Shown here in pieces: positions 27,602 through 38,800 of a stretch of 64,000 nt of DNA. Both the position numbers and the translations under genes were made by a program. Source of the DNA: Phyllobates terribilis (taxonomy: Eukaryota); the NCBI RefSeq assembly GCF_046119375.1, contig NW_027362763.1:63178001-63242000 (forward strand), in the 5' to 3' direction. Positions within the stretch are counted from its first letter, which is position 1, and each line of letters starts with the position of its first letter. Below the pieces are notes generated by a model that saw only the letters and a list, made by a program, of their open reading frames with translations, was not told the DNA's origin and did not search any database.

Positions 27602-28295
27602 TTGACCTGGAAGCCAGACCAGCCCATACTCCATGCACCAGACCATAAACTGTCTACCCTGAAAGTTTCCTGGGATACTTATCTCTAACACAGGAGTCGT
27701 GAGCTGATTTTACACTTTTTCAATTTTTTATAAAAGGGACAGTTGCTTGATTAACTCCACCATTAATAATAATAATTTTTACATACCGGTAATTCCAAAG
27801 TAATACACAAATCTTTACATTTCGGAGGGGGAGCTCTAAAGAATAAGTTACCTCCTCTCCGTAGAAAAACTGATATCCGAACACTGTGACTCCCACTGAC
27901 CCTGAGGCTCTGCGGAGCCTTGTCGACTAGAGTGGTGGTCAAGCATGGACACCTCCATTGTATTCATTGTTTATGGAACTTCCGGACTGGGACTCCCCCA
28001 CACTTCCATGAACAATGCGCATACTCGATCTTCACTCCATTCTCAGGATAGGTGGGGGTCCCAGTGGTCTATCTTATGGATGGAGGATTAATTACAATCT
28101 TGGCAGAAGCCCCTTGAAAAGTAACAAACTAATTCAACAAAGAGGTTACAATCTATGAGAAAATAACGGTGAAGGACAAAAATAAATTTATAATATATGC
28201 AAGGCCTGCTTATGTAGAATTATTTTTAACTCTTAAAACTGTGGAGAATTAAAAGGAGTCTAACAACACAAAATGACTGTTGAAATCAAGTACAA

Positions 28296-28494
28296 GCGCT
28301 AAGTGCACCCTTGGTGTGGCCAAACATTTAATTGCACCTTCCCACCTACTTGTTTATCCTTTATATCCACCCCGCCCACCTCTATTTTGATTGATAGCTC
28401 TGACTTTAAAGAGCTAGAGTAGGGTGGAGATAGAAAACAAGTAGGTGGAAAGGTGCACTGAATTGTTTGGCCACACCAAGGGTGCTCTGAGCGC
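28296..28494. mobile_element. Small palindromic MITE-like element
   Basis: GCGCTAAGTGCACCCTTGGTGTGGCCAAACA ... TGTTTGGCCACACCAAGGGTGCTCTGAGCGC, arms about 70 bp. Confidence 0.7.
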
Positions 28495-28875
28495 ATGCAC
28501 TTAGTTAGACCAGGAAGGGTTTCTCTGTAAGTAGAAAAAGGAGACCAGCGGCGCCAATCTAAGAGCAGCTGTTAAAGATTACAGAATCAATTTACCAAGT
28601 GTTTTGCTCACCTGGTATCCAGTATAATTGAGGTTTCAATTGAAATCTTATGTCATAGGAAAATTTTGGGGATCCAGTAATATATTTTTATATTTCACGG
28701 GTATGCAGCACGCACACGGTGGATAATTAGGAGAGATTTGAACGGCTCTCCTAAGGCAACATCAAGGATCACAGGTATCCAACTCAATAATCAATGTGAC
28801 GCTTCCCAAGAAAATCTTTCACATGTTCTCATCATATATATGAAAATAATTTTTTATTCTAGGCAGTCAATAAAG

Positions 28876-28920
28876 CACAACGCGTTTCGGCTAATTTTTC
28901 ACAATAGCCTTCTTCAGGTG
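28876..28920 (-). ncRNA. Minimal type I hammerhead ribozyme-like motif (Penelope pLTR)
   Basis: Minus strand CAC-CTGAAGA-A-GGCTA..TAGCC-GAAACGCGTT-GTG: core boxes, stem II, palindromic stem III ACGCGT, 3-bp stem I. There is an extra A before stem II. Confidence 0.6.
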
Positions 28921-29172
28921 AAAAAATAAAATCAAAAGCACAATTAACCATGGTCAACACGCAACAACAGTTCTTCCATTATAAAGGCAATCAAGTTTAG
29001 TAGGAGTGGTTGTTCACAGGAAGAGAATTGCTACAACCACACCCATCCAAAAGTTCTTTCTTTTTTTTTTTTTTTTTTTTAAAAACTTGCATATAAAGAA
29101 GATAAACATAATTAAAATTCACTGTGTTGTTTCACTATATTGATATCAAATAAAATCATGAGTACTAAAAAC

Positions 29173-29705
29173 CTATATTTTCTCCACCACATCATTCAAC
29201 CCATCTGGGTAAAGGCATTGCAAGCGGTAAATCCAATAGGATTCTTTAATGTTTAATAGTACATTGCGATTTTTCGCATTTTCGGGAATCTGCTCTATAG
29301 GGGTCACTTTCACATCAAAGCATTTCTTATGTTTTAGCATCAGATGTCTTGATAGGCTGTTTCACATACTCATTTTTAGGATTATGCCTGTGGCCATTCA
29401 TGCGGGACCGTACAGTCTGAACAGTGCGGCCCACATATTGAAGACCCCAGGTACAGCTGATAACGTATATGATGTAATTGCTGTTGCTGGACATTCATTG
29501 TTTAATTTGGAATGTTTCACCAGTAGATTGGATCTGATACTTTTTGCTCCATGATCAAATATATTGCAACTGCTACATTTTTTCTAATTGCATTTATATC
29601 CGCCTGCATCTCTTGTTTTAAAGGTAGTGATTTTTTCTTTATTTTTAATCACTTTAATCATTCTTGGTGCTAGTAAATTCTTTGTTTGCCCCCTTTTGAA
29701 CATTT
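29173..29705 (-). pseudogene. Penelope ORF C-terminus: Cys-rich linker plus GIY-YIG endonuclease, with stops and a frameshift
   Basis: Manual translation: KNLLAPR...GGYKCN*KKCSSC; STGETFQIKQ*MSSNSNYIIYVISCTWGLQYVGRTVQTVRSRMNGHRH; LLNIKESYWIYRLQCLYPDGLNDVVEKI*. Confidence 0.88.
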
Positions 29706-29750
29706 TAGATATGTTTATCTTATTTATATGCAAGTTTTTTAAAAAATATA

Positions 29751-30205
29751 CAGTACAGACCAAAAGTTTGGACACACCTTCTCATTTAAAGATTTTTCTG
29801 TATTTTCATGACTATGAAAATTGTACATTCACACTGAAGGCATCAAAACTATGAATTAACACATGTGGAATTATATACTTAACAAAAAAATTGTAAAACA
29901 ACTGAAAATATGTCTTATATTCTAGGTTCTTCAAAGTAGCCACCTTTTGCTTAGATGACTGCTTTGCACACTCTTGGCATTCTCTTGATGAGCTTTAAGA
30001 GGTAGTCGCCGGAAATGGTTTTGATTTCACAGGTGTGCCCTGTCAGGTTTAATAAGTGGGATTGCTTGCCTTATAAATGGGGTTGGGACCACCAGTTGTG
30101 TTGTGCAGAAGTCTGGTGGAAACACAGCTGATAGTCCTACTGAATAGACTGTTAGAATTTGTATTATGGCAAGAAAAAAGCAGTCCAAACTTTTGGTCTG
30201 TACTG
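29751..30205 (+). mobile_element. Internally deleted Tc1 family A copy (455 bp)
   Basis: TA|CAGTACAGACC..., full 5' TIR, leader and ATGGCAAGAAAAAAGCAG, joined directly to TCCAAACTTTTGGTCTGTACTG|TA. Confidence 0.92.
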
Positions 30206-30258
30206 TATATATATATATATGTAAAAAAAAAAAAACTTCTGGATGGGTGTGGTTGTAG

Positions 30259-31552
30259 TGTGGCTCCCCTGAGGGTTCAGTCGCCACAGGGGTACTGCAC
30301 CTCAGCTTGAGGTGTGGTATCTCCTCTTCCAGGTAAGGATGGAGCACTTCTCGGGACCCTACTTCACCATTCAACACTACACCACTCCTGTCCTGTAGGG
30401 GGCCTAAATGCACCAGGGTGCTGCCCCGGGCCTGGATATAGGAGATGGGGGGAACCAAAGATAGGGGGAATCATGTAGTGGATGAGGGTGGAGGACACAC
30501 TTTTAGGGTACACTTACTCATTGATATTTAATCTACGGCCATCTTAGGAACAAGGGTCTTTGATTGTGATCTTCATCAGTGATTGCGGTCTCCGTCTCTG
30601 ATTGTGATCACCCACCAGAGTTCAGTAGTAGGCCTTATCCGACTGAAGATACACGATCCTCGGTCTCTGGCCTTGAGGCGAGGAGCGGGTCAGAGTTAAC
30701 CACTGTCTCTACCCGGTCAAGGTCCTGACCTAAGAAGGCCTGGAGGGGAGCAGAGGAGACAAGCTCCACAGGCAAAAGGATCCCAGGGGGATACGGACGG
30801 AGCGGCCTACGCCACCTGTATTTCTTACTCTGGCCAAGTCAGAGGGACTCCTGCTGCAAGAGGGGTGACCGGCCCCTGATATCTGACTCTGTTACTTCAC
30901 GTCTCAGTCGGAAAAGCCCGGAGTCTTAGTGGATCCCAGGAGGGATACGGACGGAGCGGCGTATGCCACCTGTACCTCTCTACCTGCGTTCATCCAGTGG
31001 GACCCGGCCTTACACCTAGTTCTAACCACACAAACAGTCAGGAGGAGACTTAGTGGGAGAACTCACCAAGGAGAGGAACACACACCAGAGGGGTCTCGAC
31101 AGGTGCTCCTGATCTACCTGGAAAGTGCTGGACCCCCTTCCCGGTGGCCACAGTACGCCGCGAGGAGCAGAGGGAAGCTTTGCGGCTAAAGTTCACCTGA
31201 ATGTGAGTATAAACCCTGGATGACTTCACACCCCGCTTCAGCCTGTTATTTCCTGCGTGGCACTGCACCCACCATTCCTCATCACACTGCCCTGAGGCCT
31301 GCTCCGCCTGTGGGGAGCCGTCCCATCTAAGCTGCCTTTAAACACCGGCCTCAGTGGACTGAAGCAGCGCCGTTGCCCATCACCGGAAACCGTAGGTGGC
31401 GTAGTTGGAAAATACCACTCAACCCTGAAAGCCCATTAAATCTTTTATGTGACCGCCCTGGGCACGGACCGGGTCCGGGCCACAACTGCAACCCCGAAAC
31501 ACCTACACTGACCCGGCTCCAAGTAACCCCATTTCTCAGGGAGGGCCTCACA
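30259..31552 (+). mobile_element. Gypsy solo LTR, 1294 bp, 4-bp TSD GTAG
   Basis: GTAG|TGTGGCTCCCC ... GGCCTCACA|GTAG. Shares CCCTGGGCACGGACCGGGTC with the full-length element LTRs. Confidence 0.9.
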
Positions 31553-31670
31553 GTAGCAATTCTCTTCCTGTGAACAACCACTCCTACTAAACTTCGTTGC
31601 CTTTTTTATAATGGAAGAACTGTTGTTGTGTGTTGACTATGTTTTTTTTGCTTTTGATTTTATTTTTTAT

Positions 31671-31715
31671 CACCTGAAGAAGGCTGTTGTGAAAAATTAG
31701 CCGAAACGTGTTGTG
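31671..31715 (+). ncRNA. Second hammerhead-like motif in the inverted pLTR copy
   Basis: CAC-CTGAAGA-A-GGCTG..TAGCC-GAAACGTGTT-GTG. The stem III palindrome is altered (ACGTGT). Confidence 0.5.
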
Positions 31716-31849
31716 CTTTGATTGACTAGAATAAAAAATTCTTTTCATATATATATATATGATGAGAACATGTGAAAGATTTTCTTGGGAAGCGCCACAT
31801 TGATTTTTGAGTTGGATACCTGTGATCCTTGACTCAGACCAGTCATTCT

Positions 31850-32110
31850 GTGCTGACTGACTCCCCTTAAATCTCACTGTCTGGGGTTGTGCATTCCAGA
31901 GAACTGGTGCAGCATGAGAAAAGTTTTCAAGAAAGGAGTGAGAGGTTTGGATTATGGAGAATGTTTGCCTTTGATTATTGACAGACTGTAGAATCTGGTT
32001 GGGTTTGTAGACCCAGAGAAGATAGAGGTGATGTATGGTCATACAGCACTGCATAGAATTTGAAGACGTTCGGGACGTGTGGTTAAAATAATTTTTGCAG
32101 TTGGGTTTCA
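31850..32110 (-). mobile_element. L2 3' fragment
   Basis: GTGCATTCCAGAGAACTGGTGCAGC matches the L2 fragment near 13930 (APVLWNA motif). Confidence 0.6.
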
Positions 32111-33488
32111 TGAAACAATCTGAACCATTTGGCTTTTACAGCCTCGAGTGAGTCAACAGTAATAAGTAGTGACTTTAATCTTTATTTCTCTTCTTAGCTG
32201 ATTTATGGTCACATCAAGTCAACTCGACTTTCAAGGGTCCATACATCAGCTTAGAAAAGAAAGAAGCCTTGCAAAGTGTTCTCACAGACATTGCTCATGG
32301 TGTGAAAGGTGCTCAGCTGCAGTACCAGACATGACCTATGTATACCTGTGGTGCTGTTCTCAGAACAAAAACATACCCTTTCTCCTAATCCTGGACCATG
32401 CCTTTAAACTAATGCTACACACATGTTAGAAGGTTTGCAGGAGGGTGTTTGTCTATGAATTTGTATATAAATCCTTTCAGTGTTCACTTGTAAAGTGATT
32501 GCGTTCGTGAACACTGCCCGGGGTGGCATCAGTTCTGAATGCGTAATAATCTACAAAGAGGTTCAGTCCTCGGCATACAGTACACATAGAGCAGAGAAAG
32601 CTCAGGAGAGCTCCGAGTTTCCATACAGGGAGGGGAAGAAAATGTTCCTGCTGTCTGAAGAGAACATACCCTGTTGTTTCTCTGGGACCGGTGCACCTAT
32701 TATTGCCGTTCAGTGTTGCTTTAACCTGGCAGATTGGCAGCACATCTGTGCTGGGTCCACGCATGACACAGGGACTGTAATATCTCATTTCTCTCTCCAT
32801 CCCAATTCAAATATTCTCTGAGTCAAAAAATCAAAACTACAACTCAGTGCAGCCTTGTCTGAGACGGGAGGCAAAGAACAGGTCACACAAAGTTTCTGGG
32901 ATTCTCAGTTCACCAGTAGCTTCATTACTGATTTGTTGGGAATCAAAAAAAAATAAATTTCCTTGAATTCTACTGGTTTACTTGGTTTTCGAAGGAAGGG
33001 CTGTTAGCAAATTATTTGCATAAAGTTTTTCGAATGAAGGGATCTCTCAGCAGGTGTTTGCTCAGTAATCTCAGAGCAGCATAATGATGTAGGGGCAAAA
33101 ACCATGATTCCAGTGATGTGTCACTTACTGGAGTGTGTTTGCTGTTTCAATACAATCGTTTATTTATCAGCAGGAGATTATCAGTAACACCAATGCTGGT
33201 GCCCTTGCATGGTTCCCCTTCTTCCTTCATGCAGGGACGCCGACATGCTCACTGCCTCGACCACAAGGTGACCTCTCCTTCTCCTGCTTCCTGTGTACGC
33301 CACACAGGTTTTCCAGTGGTGCGCCTAGTGGACATGCTCTCCTCTGTTCTTAAAGCGCCAGCGCGTGCACTTTGAATATGCCTCCATCCAATAGCTCCAG
33401 CAGTACCTGAACTCTATTGCCGCATTGCAGTCCCTGAACCTGCAGTCACTCTGGTGGTATCTGAACTCTGACTTAGCACATGTCTTAA

Positions 33489-34453
33489 TGTGGCACCCCA
33501 GGGGTCTGGTTTCCACAGTAATGTAATGTTATGTCTGAGAGCAGGTGGGAGGTCCTTTGGTCAGGGATCCTGTGCATGCCACACCTCCTGCCCAGTCTTG
33601 GGAGGGGAAGAACTTCCCCTATATAAACCCGGGGCTGAAGCAGGGTTAGTAGTCAAGAAGAGTAGAGACAAGAAACAGCAGAAGCAATACTACTACGAGT
33701 CAGGGGCTGGCAGCTGCAGAGCTCGCCCTGACTGAGAAGCTTTCTTACCGGACCCGGCGTCCGAGGCTGTGGGGACTAACTCTTACCCAGCAGCAGAAGC
33801 CGACCGGCAGGGGATTTCAGGTCCTCAGGCCCAGAAACCCGAAGGCATGGTCACACGCGTGGGACCAGCACCGCCATCATGGAGCGGAAGCCATTAGAAG
33901 GCCCCGAGTCACCGGCCATACGGGTGAGCACCACACGGTACACTCAGGGACGTGGGCTACTTATATCCGCTTCTAGCAAGGTAGCCAGAAGAGTACAGTC
34001 AGTTTGGGAGGCCTACAACTCCGCCTGGCCAGGGGAGATCCCATCTGCTCAAGGACTGACCAGGCCCCGTTCACTAGCAAGTACTCCGGGAGGGTCTATC
34101 GTTGTTACCAGTAAAGACCCTGAATTACACCGCACCGTCTCTGGGTGGTTCCTGCTACCCCCATCATCCACATCTGCTGCCCTGAGGCCATACCCCTCCC
34201 GTCGGGGGTTATACCATCTACGCTGCACCATCCATCCACCGGCCTCAGCGGACTGTCCTGCAGCGGCAGCTCCATAGCTGCATTCAACGGGTGGCTTAGT
34301 CGTCCTACATCTACCGCTGTTACATCGCCGCTCAGTTTGACTCCCTGGGCACGGACCGGGTCACCGCCACGAGACTGCAACCCTCAAGAGATCCGGCTCC
34401 GGGTAAGCTCCCGCGTGCGCAACGCAGCGCGACACAGGCCCAGGGGCGCGTCA
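33489..34453 (+). repeat. 5' LTR (965 bp)
   Basis: TG...CA ends, TATATAAA at 33620, AGTAAA at 34110, about 10 substitutions versus the 3' LTR by manual comparison. Confidence 0.97.
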
Positions 34454-34457
34454 ACTT

Positions 34458-34476
34458 TGGCGTAGTCGGCAGGATT
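34458..34476 (+). promoter_or_regulatory. Primer binding site complementary to the tRNA-Ser 3' end
   Basis: TGGCGTAGTCGGCAGGATT is the reverse complement of the vertebrate tRNA-Ser(AGA/TGA) end AATCCTGCCGACTACG-CCA (recalled sequence). It lies 4 nt after the LTR. Confidence 0.9.
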
Positions 34477-34884
34477 TCGTGCCCGCAACCACCGGGTACT
34501 GCGTGCCTGAAAAAGAGACTTTTCAAACTTACCTGTGGTGAAGATTCCCGCCATCTTCAGCCTTCTTCCCGCCATCGGTGAAGTTTCCCGCCATCCGGCG
34601 CCATCTTGTGCCTTCTTCCCGCCATCCGTGGAGTTTTCCCGCCATTGGACGCCATCTTGAGGACGCCGCGCGGGAAGAAGAGGGGCGTGGACTCCGAAAG
34701 CGCGCGAGAACTGAAGCCCCGCCTCACGTCCGGACGTTGCGTAAGGTCCTGGAAGGAGCCCAGCAGACGCCGACGTCACAGGAGCGCGATGGAAGGTCCT
34801 CAACCCTGACGATCCACTGCGGAGCCGCGGCCTACGGAAGAAGATCATCGCAAGGTAGGCCACGGTCCACTAGGGGGGAGGAAG

Positions 34885-35865
34885 ATGTCGGATACGGAGG
34901 AGAGCTTCACTGCCTCAACCCCCGCCAGCGCTACCGCTGCTGCAGTTATGCCCTTCACCATGCCCTATATCCCGGGAGCAGCTTGGCTACCCCAGTACTC
35001 AGGGGAGTCACATACCCTGCATGACTTTAGAAAAAAGCTGGATAGCCTCTTCCAGGTGTACCCCCTCACAGAAGAGCAAAAAGTGAGCATCCTGGTGGCC
35101 CAACTAACCGGGGCAGCCAAAAGGGAAGTAAAATCCTGGCCACATGGGAGGAAGACTGTCGCAGGGATACTAACCCGGCTGTAGGACACCTTTGATACCC
35201 GCACCTCAGCCGAGATTAAGCTTAGATTCTACGGGTGCAAGCAGCGAGCGCATGAGAGTATAAGGGACTATGCACTAAACCTACAAGAGGCCCTGAGGGC
35301 CATTAAGCAGACCGACCCTGATGGAGTGGGAAACGAGGACAGGCTGTTGACCGAACAGTTTATAGAGGGACTGTATTGTAATACCCACCGAACCCAGTTG
35401 CGGGCAATGGCCTTACAGGATCCCCATCTGGGCTTTGCACAGTTCAAGGACAGAGCCATCCGGCTGCTCCGAGAACCGGCACCGGGTGGCGTGGTGACCC
35501 ACAAGCGCCCTGCTATCACTTACCACCAGGAGGCGGCGCCCTTGTCGGCAGGGCCTGTGGGAGCTGATGCGCAGGCTTTGGACAATGACCCGGCTCCAGA
35601 CCTACACCATCAGGTCCAAGAGCTAGCTAAGAGCGTTGCTGCGCTAACCCGAACTGTGCAGTCTTTACAGGCTTCCACCCCAGGGAAGATCCAGCTGGCA
35701 TCCGGACCGGAGGACATCCCGTGGCGTCGACCAAGGAGGACCCCACCGGCCAGAGGAAGACCCAGTGACCGATACAGCGAGGACGGACGACCCATCTGCC
35801 GCCGCTGCAATCAACCTGGACATATGGCAAGGTACTGTTCTTTAAACGGGCACAACCTGGGGTAG
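34885..35865 (+). pseudogene. gag: Gag (PNMA/Arc-like capsid, CCHC knuckle), in-frame TAG at 35182-35184
   Basis: ORFs 34885-35184 and 35326-35865 are in one frame; CRRCNQPGHMARYC zinc knuckle. Confidence 0.9.
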
Positions 35866-35881
35866 AGGGCCAACCCCCAGG
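35841..35881 (+). promoter_or_regulatory. -1 ribosomal frameshift signal
   Basis: T TTA AAC heptamer (35841-35847) in gag phase, 8-nt spacer, stem CCTGGGG (35856-62) / CCCCAGG (35875-81). pol is in the -1 frame and open from the heptamer. Confidence 0.85.
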
Positions 35882-38800
35882 AAAAAGATCACCAGGCCCA
35901 TCGAACTGGCGCGACAGATATGTGGGAGGACGTCCAGTCTTGCCTGTGGTACTGGATGGCATTCCCATGAGTGCCCTACTGGACACCGGGTCACAGGTCA
36001 CCACCATCCCGTACGTGCTCTTTAAGCAGTACTGGAATGACTCGGATATTACCCGCTACCCTGACGACGACTTGAGTATCATCGCCAGCAATGGCCAGCC
36101 CGTGCCACAGATCGGATTTAAAGAGGTGACCATCAAAATCGGTAGAGTCGAACTGGCAGCACAGGGACTGATCATTGTAGATATTGACAAACATGAGAGT
36201 CACCCAAAAATAACTCTAGGAACTAATGTAATTGAAAATTGTCTTGCAGAGGTGATTTTCCTTTTACAGCAGGTTGCCAAGAACGCCAGCTCCGGCGAGC
36301 AGCGGGTGCTCCAGAAAGAGATCCGGGCACTGATGTGACGGCAACAGGTGGAACTCTCCGGCGGTGAGATTGGTAGCGTAAGAATGTGTGACCCTTTTCC
36401 TATTGCCATGCCCCCAAAAAGTGAAATGATGATTTGGTGCCGGGCAGCTATTGGTCTGAGAGGTAGAGATTACCAGGCAATGGTAGAACCAGTTTACTCG
36501 GACAGTAGGCCCACCATTTTGACAGCACGGGGGGTGGTTGATGTACGCCATGGGAGGGTGCCCGTTCGCATAATAAATATCGGGGAGAGGGAAGTGTACC
36601 TGCCCCGGTATGCCACGCTAGCCAAATTATATACCATTAACCAAAATTCTATACAGTCTGTGGAACCCTTGCCTCCATCTCACCCGGAGGAAGGTAACTG
36701 CTCTAAGAAAAACATGGAGGACTGGTGTCAGCAACTACATCTGGGTACTGACTCCACTCCCGCACACCAGAAACAAGGAGTCTATCGGGTGGTTCAGGAG
36801 TACGAGAGAGTGTTCAGTAAACACCCGTTAGACTTCGGGCGAGTCAAGGGGGTAGAACACCACATCCCCACGGGAGACCATCCTCCTATAAAAGAGAGGT
36901 ATCGACCCGTACCCCCTGCCCACTACCAACACGCCAAGGGGATGCTTAGAGACATGAAGGAGGCTTGGGTGATCAGGGATAGCTGTAGCCCCTGGGTAGC
37001 TCCACTAGTCTTAGTCCGAAAGAAAGACAACACCATGAGGATGTGTGTAGATTACCGGAAAATCAATCGTATCACACACAAGGATGCGTACCCCTTACCA
37101 AGGATAGAGGAGTCATTGGCTGCTTTAAGATCTGCTAACTTCTTCTCTACCTTGGATCTCACTAGCGGGTACTGGCAGGTTCCTGTAGCAGAGGCGGACC
37201 GGGAGAAGACCGCATTCACCACCCCGATGGGACTTAGCGAGTTCACCTGCATGCCGTTCGGACTCTGCAATGCACCGGGAACCTTCCAACGACTAATGGA
37301 GTGTTGTCTGGGCCACAGAAACTTCGAGACGGTCCTGTTGTACCTGGACGATGTCATCGTATATTCCAAGACGTATGAGGACCACCTGAAACACCTGGCG
37401 GAAGTGTTCGAAGCTCTGGCAAGTTACGGCCTATAGGTGAAACCCTCCAAGTGTCACCTCCTGAAACCAAAGGTGCAGTACCTGGGACACGTGGTGAGCG
37501 CTGACGGAGTGGCTCCCGACCCTGATAAGATCACCGCAATTAAGGAATGGCCAAGCCCCTCCAGCGTAAAAGAAGTGCGGCAGTTCCTCGGGTTGGTAGG
37601 CTACTACCGAAGGTTTATTCCCGGTTTCACCAAAAAGGCAGCACCTATGCAGGACCTCCTGATAGGCCAGTCCCGGAAGGCCAAGAACCAGAAGCCGCCC
37701 TTCAAATGGGAGGAGCTGGAAGAAGAGTCCTTCCGCCAGCTGAAGATGGCCCTCACGGGGGACGAAATCCTGGCGTACCCGGATTATAGCCAGCCCTTTA
37801 TCCTCTACACCGACGCCAGTAACATCGGGCTGGGAGCCGTACTGTCCCAGATCCAGCAGGGGAAGGAACGAGTAATCGCCTACGCCAGCCGAAAACTGCG
37901 ACCCACCGAAAGGAACCCCGAGAATTACAGCTCATTTAAGCTAGAGTTCCTGGCCGTAGTATGGGCAGTCACCGAGCGCTTTAAGCATTACCTCGCTTCT
38001 TCCCGGTTCACCGTGTACACGGATAACAACCCGTTGACACACCTGGACACGGCAAGACTCGGTGCCCTGGAGCAGAGGTGGATGGCCTGTCTGTCCAACT
38101 ACGAGTTCACAATCAAATACCGGGCAGGACGCTCCAATACCAACGCGGACGCCCTGTCCAGGATGCCCAACCTGCCGGACGGAGGAGAAGATCCGGAGGG
38201 ACTGGAAGAAGTTGAACTCCCTGCGTTCCACCGTCATGGGACTATCCAGTATTCCCACCGGGTAAGGAGTAAGCAGGCTGCTACGTTGACCCCTTACCCC
38301 ACTACAACTGGGCGGAAACGCAAGACAGCGACCCTGCCGTCCGACTGGTGAAGGAGATGCTGACTCGGCCGGAGGCTCGCCTTGAACCAGACGCTCCGGA
38401 GGAAGCCAAACAACTATGGGCAGAGAAGAGTCGACTGTTCCTTTACAAAGGGAAGTTGTGCCGCAGAATGGTTAACTCCCGGACGCATGAATTACTCTGG
38501 CAAGTAGTGGTGCCACGAAGAGACACAGCCATGGTGATGGAGGCATACCACGACGGAGCTGGACACTTCGGGTGGAAGAAGCTGGAGTTCCTGCTGCGCG
38601 AGCGGTTCCACTGGGTAGGCATGAGGGGAACCATCGAGAAGTGGTGCAGAGACTGTGGCCCGTGCAACCTGAGAAGGAAGGACCGTGCCAGCCAGAAGAC
38701 TCCCCTGCAGTCCATCGTCACCCGGCAACCGTTGGAACTGGTAGCCTTGGATCATGTAAAACTGACCCCAAGCAGAAGTGGCTACGTCTACGCGTTAACC

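Larger units (their letters stand above)
28762..31832 (-). mobile_element. 5'-truncated Penelope-like element with an inverted copy of its 3' end (inverted pseudo-LTR), interrupted by Tc1 and a solo LTR
   Basis: GIY-YIG remnant. 28762-29110 is the reverse complement of 29710-29750 + 30206-30258 + 31553-31832. Confidence 0.85.

Noticed and set aside
34458-34476. tRNA gene
   Set aside because: Only the 3'-end complement is present (PBS); there is no cloverleaf or A/B boxes.
33490-34526. ORFs inside the LTRs (81-132 aa), repeated at 40332-41454
   Set aside because: Their duplication simply reflects LTR identity; GC-rich sequence with no domain similarity.
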